A DNA stretch of 64,000 nt from assembly GCA_016182525.1 (NCBI GenBank), contig JACPGL010000029.1:22997-86996 (forward strand). Direction: 5' to 3'. Positions 51,672-61,621 of this stretch are shown piece after piece; within the stretch, counting starts at the first letter, position 1, and every line of letters starts with the position of its first letter. This stretch comes from Candidatus Kerfeldbacteria bacterium (GTDB lineage Bacteria > Patescibacteriota > Patescibacteriia > JACPL01). The notes beneath the pieces are model-generated. The model saw only the letters and a program-made list of their open reading frames with translations. It was not told the DNA's origin and searched no databases. A program made the position numbers and the translations under genes.

Positions 51672-54600
51672 TCTTTTCGAAAGAAAATATGCTTGATCTC
51701 TCCAACCCACGAGAATGTTCGCTCGAGTGAAGAGACGACTTCTTCAAGCACCGATTCCGCCGCTTGGGGGGTGAGCAATGTGAAATCGCTGGACTGTGCA
51801 ATGTTCCCCGATTCATCAATGGAGAGAGCGCGGAAATGATACGTGGTACTCGGCAAGAGACCCGGCAAGATCACGGTGTGCGAACGATTCAGCGTATCAT
51901 CTTTTGGCGAGCGTAATTGATACTGGCCTCCGGTGACAACGCCCGGAGAGTACTCAACCTGCGCTGTGGAGAATTCATCGGCAACCCAAAAGACGATCGC
52001 TTGCACTTTGCCGCCTGCGCCCAAAGAAGAGACTTCCGTCTTCATGCCAGTCAGGACCGGCGGTGCGGTATCGGCATTTGTCGTCAAGGTATTTGAACCG
52101 GAGGCGGCGCGATTCCCAAACTCATCGGTGCCCGTGATGCGGAACGAATAGGTCGTTTTTGGTCTCAGACTTGTAAGCACAATCTCATGCGCCGTTACAC
52201 GATCAGGTTTGCCCTGCGACTGATCGAATAATCCCGCCTCGCCAAATTCAACAATCGAATCGGTTGCGACATTCGTTGACCAGGTGATTTTCGCGGTGTC
52301 GTAGCCCACGCTATCGAGCGTCACTCCTGAAACTGTCGGAAGGGTTCGTGTCGAAAAGACATAATCATCGGATGCAATCACGCTACCATTCTCTTCTGCT
52401 CCGATCACTTGTACATGATATGTCACCCCATTGTTAAGCTCATCAAGAAGCACCGTGTGTTGTGTCGTAAAATCCGTGCTCTCATCATTGATGACTGTTC
52501 CATATTCGGTGTCTTCACCATACTGCAGTCTTGAGTTTGCAATACGGTTTGTTGTCCACGAAACAATCGCCGAATCGAGTGTGATGCTACTCACCTGCAG
52601 CCCAAGCACAGACGGATTCCCGATCGCCGCTCTTGACGTGGTGAAATTCAAGACATCCGAAATCGTTTCGTTGTTATACACATCAACAGATTGGACTTTG
52701 TAATAATATGTTGTTGCGGCCGAGAGATTTGAAAGTGTCACAAAATGCGAAACATTCAAGAGCTGGTCATCCTCGGTTTCTTGATCAAGATTCGCGGGCG
52801 TTGTGCCATAGACCACGCTTGAGGTGGACGCAGCATCGGTGACCCACGAAATGATCACCGTGTTTGAGGAAACGCCGGCCGATTGCGTGCCAATATCCGA
52901 GATCGTTGGTGGGACATCGGATCCAATAGGTGCAGTGGTCAAAAAGGTGCCAGTTTCCCCAAGCGAGAGATTGCCCGCTTCATCAGTTGAGCGGACGCGG
53001 AAATAGTGCACCTTGAGCGGAGTCAGACCAATAATGGTAACGCTATGATTTGTGATGAGTGTTGGATCGCCTTGAATCGTTCCAAACTCTTCGGAATCTC
53101 CGAATTCAACAAACGAATCTGCCGGCTCGTTTGTCACCCATGTGACGGTCGCGGTTGAATCTGTCGGAGTGACAATGGCTCCATCTCCGGTAACACTCGG
53201 TGCAGTCACATCATCATCCGACTCGATCGTTTCAAACGTATACTCATCGCCGATCGATTCATTACCGTTGGCGTCTGTGGAACGAACGCGATACGAATAG
53301 GTTGTTTGGGGCTGCAAATTTTCGATTTCGACTTGATGCGCAAGGACATATTCTAAATCGCAGACAATCGTGCCATAATCAGAGCTTGTTCCAAATTCAA
53401 TGCACGATGTGGATGATTCATCGGTTGTCCATGCAATGGTTACCGAATTTTGTGTTGTCACGGCAACGGGAGCCTCACCAGAAAGATCGGGCCCTTGCGC
53501 ATCTGCTCCGCCTGGTTGGCCAAAAGCAACGGATGAAGGGCTGGAATTGTTGCCTGCGCTGTCCTGCGTGACAATACGATAATAATAGGTTGAGTTTGCC
53601 GCAAGACCCGTATCGAGGAAGCCACTATCCGTAATCGTATTTAAGGTTGCGCGATTTGAGTACGTTGAACTATCGGTTGAGCGCTGAACGACATATCCTC
53701 CAAAGTCGGGGTTGCGAGCAGATGTGACTGGCGTCCATGTTGCCGCTAAACTGTAGCGATCCAGCCCAGCATCAGAGGCATCGGCAACCGAAACCGCAGT
53801 CACAATGTCGTTTGCAGACGTATCAAGCGTAATCGTATCGCTCGCTGTCGTGGCAGTATTGCCGTATGTATCACGGTACTTCACATACGCAGTGCGTATG
53901 CCATCAGATCCTGCGGTCAACCGCCACGCTTTTGCTGTCGTGTAGGTCTCCCACGTTCCGGAATTCGTCACCAAACCATTTGTATCGACGACTGTTCCAA
54001 ATGTCGTGCCGTCGTTACTGAATGTCATCTGTATGGCCGTATCATCACTTGAACTCAAGGTAAGGGTGACCGCGACAGAGTTGGTTGTTGACGCGGAGGA
54101 GTTAATCGTGATCGAAGTCGCTCCTGCAAGCGGCGTTTTCGTATCAACATCAAAGCTGCTGCTTGTCGCCGAAGCGGTGTTGTTGAGGGTATGCCCATCA
54201 TCAAGCGTCACCTTCACTTTGACCACGTCATCAAGGAATGAATTCGTGAAATTGCTTGAGAGCGTCCAATGAATCGTTTTGGTTGCTGCTGTTCCTGTCA
54301 CGGCAACACCTGAACCCACATTACCAGTTTTGGTTGTCGGCGTGTTCCATGTGGTTCCGCCGTCAACCGAATACTGTAGCGTCACGGTGACTGAAGTGTC
54401 ATCTTGATCACTTGCCTCGTAGGTGACTTTTGCCGTTCCATCCGTTTGCGCAACCACGGCAAGATTTGCGATGACCGGAGCGAGATTGCGCTCGTATGTA
54501 ATGTTAAACGTATCGAGCGTTGGAGAGGTGTCATCTGATGACGAGTCAAGATAGGCTTGAATGCGGAGATACCGCGAACTTGTCAAACCAGAGAGACTTG

Positions 54601-57600
54601 CACCAGAACTTGTGTAGTATGAGGAGTAACTAGAATAGGTGACTCCATCCGATGAGGTGGCAAACCGAAATTTCACATCAGTGCCAGAGGGTTCAGTCGT
54701 TGTAAAATTAAGCGTGCTCCATCCAACTGTGATGCCGGCATCAAAATCGTATGTCCATGTGCCATTGAGCAAGCTCGCGGCAACGGTGACATCTTCCACT
54801 TGCGGATTTTGGGATGCGCTCGTGGTGGAAAGATCAATACGGTACTGCATATACCGATGCCCGTCGGTCATACAACTGTTTGTTGTCATGTCCGTGCCGC
54901 TGGAAATGCCGCTGCACGACGCCCAATCGGTTGCTCCGCTCATGTCCGAATTGTTGGACGACCGCACTTTCACGGTAATGGTTTGGGAATTCGCGGTTGA
55001 ATTAAACGTAATATTCCCCCACGTGGAATTGGTTGTGCCAAAATCTTTGATGGTTGAAACCAACGAACCAGACGGCGCAACACCCGGATAGAACCGTGTG
55101 ACACCTTCAGATGTGCCCAGCACAAGATCCGCAACATTTCCGGACGCAATAGCCCCTTGGATCGCGGTCATATCGTTATCCACCATATTCGGTGTCGAAC
55201 TTGACTCGCGCCAACTATCGCCCTGAACCGCGTTCGCGCTATTCACGCTATTCAATTGGGTAAGCGAACCATCATCAGCGCCGCCGGCATTGGTTGCCAC
55301 CCATGCTCGCGTTCCATCACTTGTGGGAAAAACTGCCGACACATTATCAATTGTTCCTTCCAAGGTGTGATAGCGGAACAGGGGTCCATTTGTCAGTGTT
55401 CCGTTATTTGATTTTGTTCCGGAATCTGTCGCCGTTGTGCCCGACCCATCATTGAAGTGCAACAACAATCCTTTTGTCGCACTGCCCGGGAAACTAAACT
55501 CTGCGCCTGGCACGGTAAAAGACGCGCCAGAATGTTCCGCCGTGTCGGAAATCAAGAGCTCATCAATCGTGCCGTTGAAGAAGGCTTCTTCTCCATTGTG
55601 GTCTGCGCGGCCAATATACAGTGCTTGTTCCGATGGATCCGGCAATGCCGAAATCGTGCGTGTGGCCTGACGCGTGCCATCAATATACAAGCTGGCGGTC
55701 GATCCATTAAAGACCAGTGACACCAAATACCACTGATCCGCAGTCCAGGATGTTGTTGTCGATTGCAATGTCACCGCATTCCCGACGGACCGAACGTCTC
55801 CAACGCTCGTTAGCCCCTGGCCAACATACAGCTCCCCTTGGAACGACCCTAGGCGATTAAATTCCGCATACGTGGACAGACTTGCCGTTGCTTCTTCCCA
55901 TTCGCTCTGATCATCACAGTACTCGGTGTTGCCAGCACGCTCGGCATAGCAGGCAAAGAGCTGCTCACGATCCTCATCATTCATATACAGCTTATCCTGA
56001 AAAACGAATAAGTCATTCACGGTGTTCTTCGTTCCGGGATAGACGAGCGTCCATTCGTTCGCATTATCACATGCCGTGGTTGTGCCGCCTACGCTCGGGT
56101 CGCACATGTACACATCATTATCCCCACCAGCAGTACTTCCGAAACCAGCGTACAGGCGACCGCGGAACGTCGCTAAGGCGTTGACCGTTTCATATTCCAC
56201 CCCATCCCACACCGTGGACCAGTCGCCGGAGTCGCACAGTGTCGCACTACCGGTTGCAGACGGATTGCACATCAATACATCGCCATCTCCAGCTCCACTC
56301 CCCATGCCTGCGTATAACCGACTATTGAAGACCTCGAGGGAATTAAAAAGTTCCTGTGAGCCATTGTAAGATGTCGACCAGTCGCCGGAGTCGCAAAAAT
56401 CTGTCGCACCGGTTGTCGTTGGATCACACACTATAACATCGCCATCACCTGCTGAACTTCCTGATAAACCGGCATAGAGATAGCCATTCATCTCCTCAAA
56501 GACAATCGCATTTTCTGCAAGCGACGAATTATACACAAGAGAGAAATCTCCAGACTCACACGTTGTTGCTCCACCGGTTAGATCCACATCACATCCGGCA
56601 ATATCCCCTTCTGCACTTCCATCTCCCATCCCGCCATACAGATTTCCCTTAAACTCTTTTGCCGAATACACCCCATTGTAGACGGTTGACAATGTATAAA
56701 TGCTGGAGAAGTCAGCCGTTTCACAGGTATCCGCGTCGCCGTTGCCGCTCGGATTACACATAATGATTTCTCCGGTTCCCGTGTTTACCTCCACGCCGGT
56801 ATACAACCGGTCGTTAAAGTTGACCGATTCCCATGTCTGATCATTTGACCCATCATAGGCGGTGGGGTTGCTCATTTTCATCACATTCGCTCCTCCGTTG
56901 GTACCTGTTCCAGACGTGACAATCAAATTTCCTTGGTAGGTTCCCATGTCTCCCCATGTACTGGTGTCGGTATTGACCACCGTTGTCCACTCCCCAGTAA
57001 GACAGATGGTATCGGCACCTGGTGTACACTCATACACATCACCTTCGCCTCCTGAACCTCCGCCTGATGCATACACTTTTCCGTTAATCGTTTCCATATC
57101 ACGGACATAATCATCAGCGGAATTATCGTATGACGAAGCCCAGTCCGCATCTTCGCACACTGTTGACCCACCAGAAGTTGCCGGGTTACACGCGATAAGA
57201 TCTCCGTCCCCCGCACTCGTATCACCAAAGCCAGCATACAGAGCTGTGCTCGTTGCAAAGAGCACGCGAATACTTTCATACGACGACGTATTGACCGGCG
57301 TGGTATTCGCTCCATCCCACGCGCGAATATCCGAACTGTTCACAAACCAGATATCAGCATCGCTACTTGTCGCCGTTCCTTGCGTCGTAAAGTACACAAA
57401 GGTATCCGCGCCGGAGGTGAAGGTTGTCAGACCACGCGTTGAGAGATAGTTATCAAAATCCAGGTACACGACCCAATCAGTGCTGGTACATTCGTTATCC
57501 CCGCCGGGTGTACACTTTAACAAATCAGCACTGCCGGCGGTTCCTTCTGTGGTCATGTAAAGCTCACTATTATAGGCCGCAAAACTTGTGACGCTTCCTT

Positions 57601-60589
57601 GATTGCTTGTATTCGCATACGCGCTGGTAAAGTCCAATGCATTGTCGCAAAGACTTGCGTTTCCTGCTGTCGCTGGATTACAGATCGTAACATCCGCATC
57701 GCCCGCGCTCGATCCCATCCCGATATACATGCGACTATTAAACACTTCGATATTACGAGCGGATTCATACGATGCGCCCGCATCATAGGCAGCCGTAAAA
57801 TCTCCATTCGCATCACAAATGTCCGCATTTCCATTTGATGATTGCGTACAATAGAACAGTTCGGCTTCTCCCGCTTCTCCACCAAACGAAACGTACATGG
57901 TGCTGTTCAGCGTCGTAAAATCCGTGACGTAGTTAAAATTTGTCGCGGCGACGCTCGTATCATAGGCAATCGCCCAATCCCCGGAATCGCATGTTGTTGC
58001 CCCGCCTGTTGTCGCGGGGTTGCAATAATACACATCCCCATCGCCCGAGGAGTTCCCGGTCCCAGCATACAGATAACTGTTAAAAACATACAGCGATGAA
58101 ACAAACTCATACGCCGAACCTGGGGCATACGATAACGACCAATCCAGGGGTGAGTCACACTTTGCGGTCGAGGCGCCACCCGCTGCTGGATCGCACACCC
58201 AAATTTGCCCGTCCCCCGCGATGCCCTGCGTCCCGACATACAATTTTGAATTGAACGTCGCCGCCGCGCCTTCGGCCATAAATGCATCAAAACCCGTATC
58301 ACGCACTTTTGTCCAATCACCAAAGTTATCGCATCTCGTTGCTCCCCCGATCGTCGCCGGATCGCAGATAAAAAGATCACCGTCGCCATCACCGGTTCCA
58401 CCGCCGGCGTACAGATAGCCGTTAAAGACGGTTAAGCCCTCGAATCGCTCATAGTTCGCGCCTGTATCGTCGTAGGAAATATGGATGTTGCCGAGATCAA
58501 AGATATCGGCTTCCCCCGCGGCCGCGCCGACGCCCGCATACACGCGACTATTGAAAACTTCAATATTCTCGATCCCGTTCGTTGCGTCGTAACGGAAATA
58601 GGTGCGCCAGTCGGCGCTTTCACAAACATTCGTATCCCCGCTTGCTTGGGGATAGCAATACCACAAGTCCGCCAAATCCTCGACTGACGCATACAGATAC
58701 GTTCCATCCTGCGCAAGGTCGGTGACACGATTTTCCAACGTATTCAGTGAGATGGTCCAGTCGCCAGAGTCGCAAAACGTCGCGCCTCCTGAATCTGCAG
58801 GGTCGCAGACATAGACATACCCATCCGTCACATTGCCTCCTGTTCCAATATACAAGCGACTGTTAAAAACGATCAGCTCATCAATATATTGCGTGCCGGT
58901 TGTCAGCACAGTTGTCCAATTATCGCCGTCAAACGCTAACACCGAGCCATCCCCTTGGCTCGTCCCGACTCCAATATAGAGGACATCGTTAAATTCCACA
59001 ACGCCATTGACGTGATCAGTGGTGCCTGTCAGGGATCCCCACAAACCCACAGTGCTCGCTGTTGAAGCGCCGGCGCCAAGCGGACCTTGATCGCCGAACT
59101 CAAAATTCAGTTTTCCGGTCTGATGGTCAAAATACGCTTGGAATTGCTCGCCTTTCGAAAGAAGCGGCGCATCTTTGGCTTGGGAATCGGCAGAAAAAGC
59201 ACTTGGGAACTTCACATACATGTCAACCGTAAAGCTCGCGGTCAAATCCATGTCATCGTCGTCGCTCACTTTGACATAGTCATCGGTGCCGTCGAATTTC
59301 AATGCGCTTTTAAACCCGGTTGAAGCGTAACCGGAGTTGCCGGCCGTGGCTTCGTTGACATAATGTCGCACCGTTCCCGAAGCTTGGGTGGAATGTTCCT
59401 GAAGAATGGAAAGTCCTGAATTGGTTCCGACAAAAATCGTATTGGACGTTGCTTGCGCCGTTGAAGTATTGACCGTGGCTTCAAGCGAATTGATGGTATT
59501 GGAAAGAATCGCCGGAGTGGTTGCCGTGGTATAGTTCACGGTTTCCGTAAATCCCGCGCCTAAACCTGAAACATTATCCTTTCGCTGCAGCTTCGCGGTT
59601 GTTGAACCGTAATAATAGAGTTCATTGTCGGTTGTGACTCGAACAAGGGAATACGAACTTGTTTCCGAAGAATTTTTGCTTGTTGCGGCGGTTTCATTGA
59701 CGACCGTCACGCCACCCGCTGTTGCCACGGCAAGATAGGTGCTTCCGGAAATGACCGCGCCCCACAGGTCGTTGACGTTATTGTTCACAATGGCAGGGGA
59801 TGTGGACGAGAGATAGGTGGCTGAACCCACCGAGGTGTTTCCACTAATGTTGTTAATCACATACTTGAACACCCCGCCATCGCCGTCGCCGGCATACACA
59901 TTGGTGGCATCGGCATAGACAGCGGTAAATCCGTTTGCGAGCGAAACGTATCCTTTGGACGTGTTTGTGGATTTGGTGATCACGTCCAGCCCACCGGCTG
60001 TTGCAATAAACAAATACGTGCCATTGTCAAAAACGTCATTGATGACATTCGAGCCCGTATTCAATCCTGACCCGTTCGTAAAATTCTGCGCCACTTCGGC
60101 TTTGAGTTTTGTTTCGGTGGTGGGGTTAATGGCGTAATCAGCCGACGTGTAGTTGTTACTCCCCCAATTCGTATCAACAAATTGGTTATTTGTGGTTGAG
60201 AGCACCAAATCTGTGCCGGTTTTTACGGTATTTGACTTTGTGGCAGCAGCATTATCCCAATCCACATCTGTTGGAACTGTCAAGGTAAGGGTTGCCGCAG
60301 TAATGCGCTGATACGAAACCATTCCCGCCAAAATCAAAACAGCAAGAATCGGAAGAGCGATCGCTCGGTGCTCGCGGAAAAATGATCCAAGGTGCGCTAT
60401 TCTCAGGCGAAACGGTTTCGCTTGCGCACGGGTAAGCTTCAGATCCTCCTTATGATGATGCGGTATGGTTGTTTTTCTTTTCCTCCGTTTGGCCAAGGTT
60501 AGAAAAATAAATAAACTCAAAGCACCATTTATTATAACACAAAATCCCCTTTCATGCGATTGTGGATAAGTAACGAAAAAAGAATACAC
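51668..60589 (-). CDS. Giant (~2.9k aa) N-terminally anchored surface protein. It has ~20 tandem ~50-aa Cys-containing propeller-like repeats, two LamG (concanavalin-like) domains, Ig-like modules and seven FN3/purple-acid-phosphatase-N-like repeats. The true start is probably downstream of the listed GTG, near the Shine-Dalgarno at 60445-60451.
   Basis: The ORF is 8.9 kb and uninterrupted. The repeat consensus is FNSxLYAGxGxxxGDGDVxxCxPxxxGGATxCDSGDWxxxYD. The LamG domains lie at about aa 425-500 and 1600-1700. FN3-like 100-aa units (AWTTDESSTSCIEFGTSSDYG...YSYRVRSTDANGN) occur seven times at the C-terminus. A TM segment (AIALPILAVLILAGMV) lies near the N-terminus. Confidence 0.85.
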   Translation of the reverse strand: MYSFFVTYPQSHERGFCVIINGALSLFIFLTLAKRRKRKTTIPHHHKEDLKLTRAQAKPFRLRIAHLGSFFREHRAIALPILAVLILAGMVSYQRITAATLTLTVPTDVDWDNAAATKSNTVKTGTDLVLSTTNNQFVDTNWGSNNYTSADYAINPTTETKLKAEVAQNFTNGSGLNTGSNVINDVFDNGTYLFIATAGGLDVITKSTNTSKGYVSLANGFTAVYADATNVYAGDGDGGVFKYVINNISGNTSVGSATYLSSTSPAIVNNNVNDLWGAVISGSTYLAVATAGGVTVVNETAATSKNSSETSSYSLVRVTTDNELYYYGSTTAKLQRKDNVSGLGAGFTETVNYTTATTPAILSNTINSLEATVNTSTAQATSNTIFVGTNSGLSILQEHSTQASGTVRHYVNEATAGNSGYASTGFKSALKFDGTDDYVKVSDDDDMDLTASFTVDMYVKFPSAFSADSQAKDAPLLSKGEQFQAYFDHQTGKLNFEFGDQGPLGAGASTASTVGLWGSLTGTTDHVNGVVEFNDVLYIGVGTSQGDGSVLAFDGDNWTTVLTTGTQYIDELIVFNSRLYIGTGGNVTDGYVYVCDPADSGGATFCDSGDWTISLNTLENRVTDLAQDGTYLYASVEDLADLWYCYPQASGDTNVCESADWRTYFRYDATNGIENIEVFNSRVYAGVGAAAGEADIFDLGNIHISYDDTGANYERFEGLTVFNGYLYAGGGTGDGDGDLFICDPATIGGATRCDNFGDWTKVRDTGFDAFMAEGAAATFNSKLYVGTQGIAGDGQIWVCDPAAGGASTAKCDSPLDWSLSYAPGSAYEFVSSLYVFNSYLYAGTGNSSGDGDVYYCNPATTGGATTCDSGDWAIAYDTSVAATNFNYVTDFTTLNSTMYVSFGGEAGEAELFYCTQSSNGNADICDANGDFTAAYDAGASYESARNIEVFNSRMYIGMGSSAGDADVTICNPATAGNASLCDNALDFTSAYANTSNQGSVTSFAAYNSELYMTTEGTAGSADLLKCTPGGDNECTSTDWVVYLDFDNYLSTRGLTTFTSGADTFVYFTTQGTATSSDADIWFVNSSDIRAWDGANTTPVNTSSYESIRVLFATSTALYAGFGDTSAGDGDLIACNPATSGGSTVCEDADWASSYDNSADDYVRDMETINGKVYASGGGSGGEGDVYECTPGADTICLTGEWTTVVNTDTSTWGDMGTYQGNLIVTSGTGTNGGANVMKMSNPTAYDGSNDQTWESVNFNDRLYTGVEVNTGTGEIIMCNPSGNGDADTCETADFSSIYTLSTVYNGVYSAKEFKGNLYGGMGDGSAEGDIAGCDVDLTGGATTCESGDFSLVYNSSLAENAIVFEEMNGYLYAGLSGSSAGDGDVIVCDPTTTGATDFCDSGDWSTSYNGSQELFNSLEVFNSRLYAGMGSGAGDGDVLMCNPSATGSATLCDSGDWSTVWDGVEYETVNALATFRGRLYAGFGSTAGGDNDVYMCDPSVGGTTTACDNANEWTLVYPGTKNTVNDLFVFQDKLYMNDEDREQLFACYAERAGNTEYCDDQSEWEEATASLSTYAEFNRLGSFQGELYVGQGLTSVGDVRSVGNAVTLQSTTTSWTADQWYLVSLVFNGSTASLYIDGTRQATRTISALPDPSEQALYIGRADHNGEEAFFNGTIDELLISDTAEHSGASFTVPGAEFSFPGSATKGLLLHFNDGSGTTATDSGTKSNNGTLTNGPLFRYHTLEGTIDNVSAVFPTSDGTRAWVATNAGGADDGSLTQLNSVNSANAVQGDSWRESSSTPNMVDNDMTAIQGAIASGNVADLVLGTSEGVTRFYPGVAPSGSLVSTIKDFGTTNSTWGNITFNSTANSQTITVKVRSSNNSDMSGATDWASCSGISSGTDMTTNSCMTDGHRYMQYRIDLSTTSASQNPQVEDVTVAASLLNGTWTYDFDAGITVGWSTLNFTTTEPSGTDVKFRFATSSDGVTYSSYSSYYTSSGASLSGLTSSRYLRIQAYLDSSSDDTSPTLDTFNITYERNLAPVIANLAVVAQTDGTAKVTYEASDQDDTSVTVTLQYSVDGGTTWNTPTTKTGNVGSGVAVTGTAATKTIHWTLSSNFTNSFLDDVVKVKVTLDDGHTLNNTASATSSSFDVDTKTPLAGATSITINSSASTTNSVAVTLTLSSSDDTAIQMTFSNDGTTFGTVVDTNGLVTNSGTWETYTTAKAWRLTAGSDGIRTAYVKYRDTYGNTATTASDTITLDTSANDIVTAVSVADASDAGLDRYSLAATWTPVTSARNPDFGGYVVQRSTDSSTYSNRATLNTITDSGFLDTGLAANSTYYYRIVTQDSAGNNSSPSSVAFGQPGGADAQGPDLSGEAPVAVTTQNSVTIAWTTDESSTSCIEFGTSSDYGTIVCDLEYVLAHQVEIENLQPQTTYSYRVRSTDANGNESIGDEYTFETIESDDDVTAPSVTGDGAIVTPTDSTATVTWVTNEPADSFVEFGDSEEFGTIQGDPTLITNHSVTIIGLTPLKVHYFRVRSTDEAGNLSLGETGTFLTTAPIGSDVPPTISDIGTQSAGVSSNTVIISWVTDAASTSSVVYGTTPANLDQETEDDQLLNVSHFVTLSNLSAATTYYYKVQSVDVYNNETISDVLNFTTSRAAIGNPSVLGLQVSSITLDSAIVSWTTNRIANSRLQYGEDTEYGTVINDESTDFTTQHTVLLDELNNGVTYHVQVIGAEENGSVIASDDYVFSTRTLPTVSGVTLDSVGYDTAKITWSTNVATDSIVEFGEAGLFDQSQGKPDRVTAHEIVLTSLRPKTTYSFRITGTDEFGNRAASGSNTLTTNADTAPPVLTGMKTEVSSLGAGGKVQAIVFWVADEFSTAQVEYSPGVVTGGQYQLRSPKDDTLNRSHTVILPGLLPSTTYHFRALSIDESGNIAQSSDFTLLTPQAAESVLEEVVSSLERTFSWVGEIKHIFFRKE
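60531..60539 (-). promoter_or_regulatory. Candidate extended -10 promoter (TGTTATAAT on the minus strand) for the giant surface-protein gene
   Basis: The reverse complement of 60531-60539 is TGTTATAAT. It lies ~80 nt upstream of an AAGGAGG Shine-Dalgarno (reverse complement of 60445-60451). Both sit inside the annotated N-terminal extension of the ORF. Confidence 0.3.
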
Positions 60590-60654
60590 TTTCTCAAGGC
60601 GCTCCAGCGGAGCGAGAGTCTTCGCGACTTGAGAAAGTGTATTCTTTTTTCGTT
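60572..60654 (-). terminator. 27-bp perfect inverted repeat (aacgaaaaaagaatacactttctcaag / cttgagaaagtgtattcttttttcgtt) with a 29-nt structured loop, immediately 3' of corA. It is a putative bidirectional terminator/insulator.
   Basis: The perfect complementarity can be read directly. A-tract and U-tract arms flank it. The loop contains the GCTCC-AGC-GGAGC mini-hairpin. Confidence 0.4.
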
Positions 60655-60655
60655 C

Positions 60656-61570
60656 TTAAATCCAATCTCTCTTTCGAAAGACGAGAAGAATCATAAGAAT
60701 AAAGAGAATAGTACCACCAACGATTGCCGGAAAAGCCCAAGCATGTTCGGCAAACGGCAAACCAATGATATTCATCCCATAGACGCTCGAGACAAGCGTA
60801 AGCGGCAAGAACGAAACCGAAATAATGGTCAAAATCTTAATGATCTCGTTCGTGCGTTGCGAAATCAAGGCTTCGTTCGTCTTTTGCAGCGCATCCACAA
60901 TCTCTCGATCATTCTCTAAAATACTCCATGCGCGTTCAAAATGATCATGCACATCATCAAAATACACATCGGATTCTTCGCCCAAAAAAGGTCGATTCAA
61001 ATGAACCAGCGTTCCAATGATACTCCGCACCGGATTCAAGATTCTTCTCGACTTGAGCACAGCGCGTTGCACAATCGCCAACTCGCGAATGACGTTCGTT
61101 TCCCCTTCGTACATACTTTCTTCCACTTCATCAAGATCATCTTTAATCACATCGAGCAGTGGATACAAATCTTTCGAGAACATGTATAACAGGCGATAGA
61201 GTAAGAAGCCCGGTTGACGCCCAAAAAAATCCCGACGAATATCGGGATTGTCCTTGCAGTTAAAAAAAATAGCTTGGAGAGCGGGGAGTGTCTTTTTGTG
61301 CACGGTCACGAGAAACTCTTCGCCGACAAAAATGTTGATCTCTGCCGTGCGCACTCGCCGCGTTTCGGTATCATACGTCGGCAAGTGAATGATCAAAAAG
61401 ATGTAGTCGTCGTACAGGTCGATCTTGGGCGTTTGGGTAATCGACAAGCAATCCTGCAGATCGAGCGTATGCAACCCAAAACGCTTCTGAAGATCATCAG
61501 CGTCTTTTGAGGTGAGATGATCAACATTCACCCATGTCATTGTTTTCTCTTGGATTTCTGACTGCGGCAT
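60656..61570 (-). CDS. corA: Magnesium/cobalt transporter CorA
   Basis: The C-terminal two TM segments carry the YGMN motif (VYGMNIIGLPFAEHAW). The protein is 304 aa. Confidence 0.85.
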   Translation of the reverse strand: MPQSEIQEKTMTWVNVDHLTSKDADDLQKRFGLHTLDLQDCLSITQTPKIDLYDDYIFLIIHLPTYDTETRRVRTAEINIFVGEEFLVTVHKKTLPALQAIFFNCKDNPDIRRDFFGRQPGFLLYRLLYMFSKDLYPLLDVIKDDLDEVEESMYEGETNVIRELAIVQRAVLKSRRILNPVRSIIGTLVHLNRPFLGEESDVYFDDVHDHFERAWSILENDREIVDALQKTNEALISQRTNEIIKILTIISVSFLPLTLVSSVYGMNIIGLPFAEHAWAFPAIVGGTILFILMILLVFRKRDWI

Positions 61571-61621
61571 ACCTCATTCTTTAACCTCCAAACTATATCA
61601 CTCCTCGCATCATCTGGCAAC

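Noticed and set aside
51933-59484. Numerous 60-165-aa ORFs on both strands inside the giant gene (for example 57907-58401, 54639-55091, 53200-53571)
   Set aside because: All are out-of-frame or antisense to an uninterrupted 8.9-kb ORF with a clear domain and repeat structure. None has a family signature.
60443-60589. First ~49 codons of the giant ORF (MYSFFVTYPQSHERGFCVIINGALSLFIFLTLAKRRKRK...)
   Set aside because: This region starts at a GTG inside a 27-bp inverted-repeat arm. It contains a TGTTATAAT promoter element and precedes a strong Shine-Dalgarno. It is more likely 5' UTR than coding.
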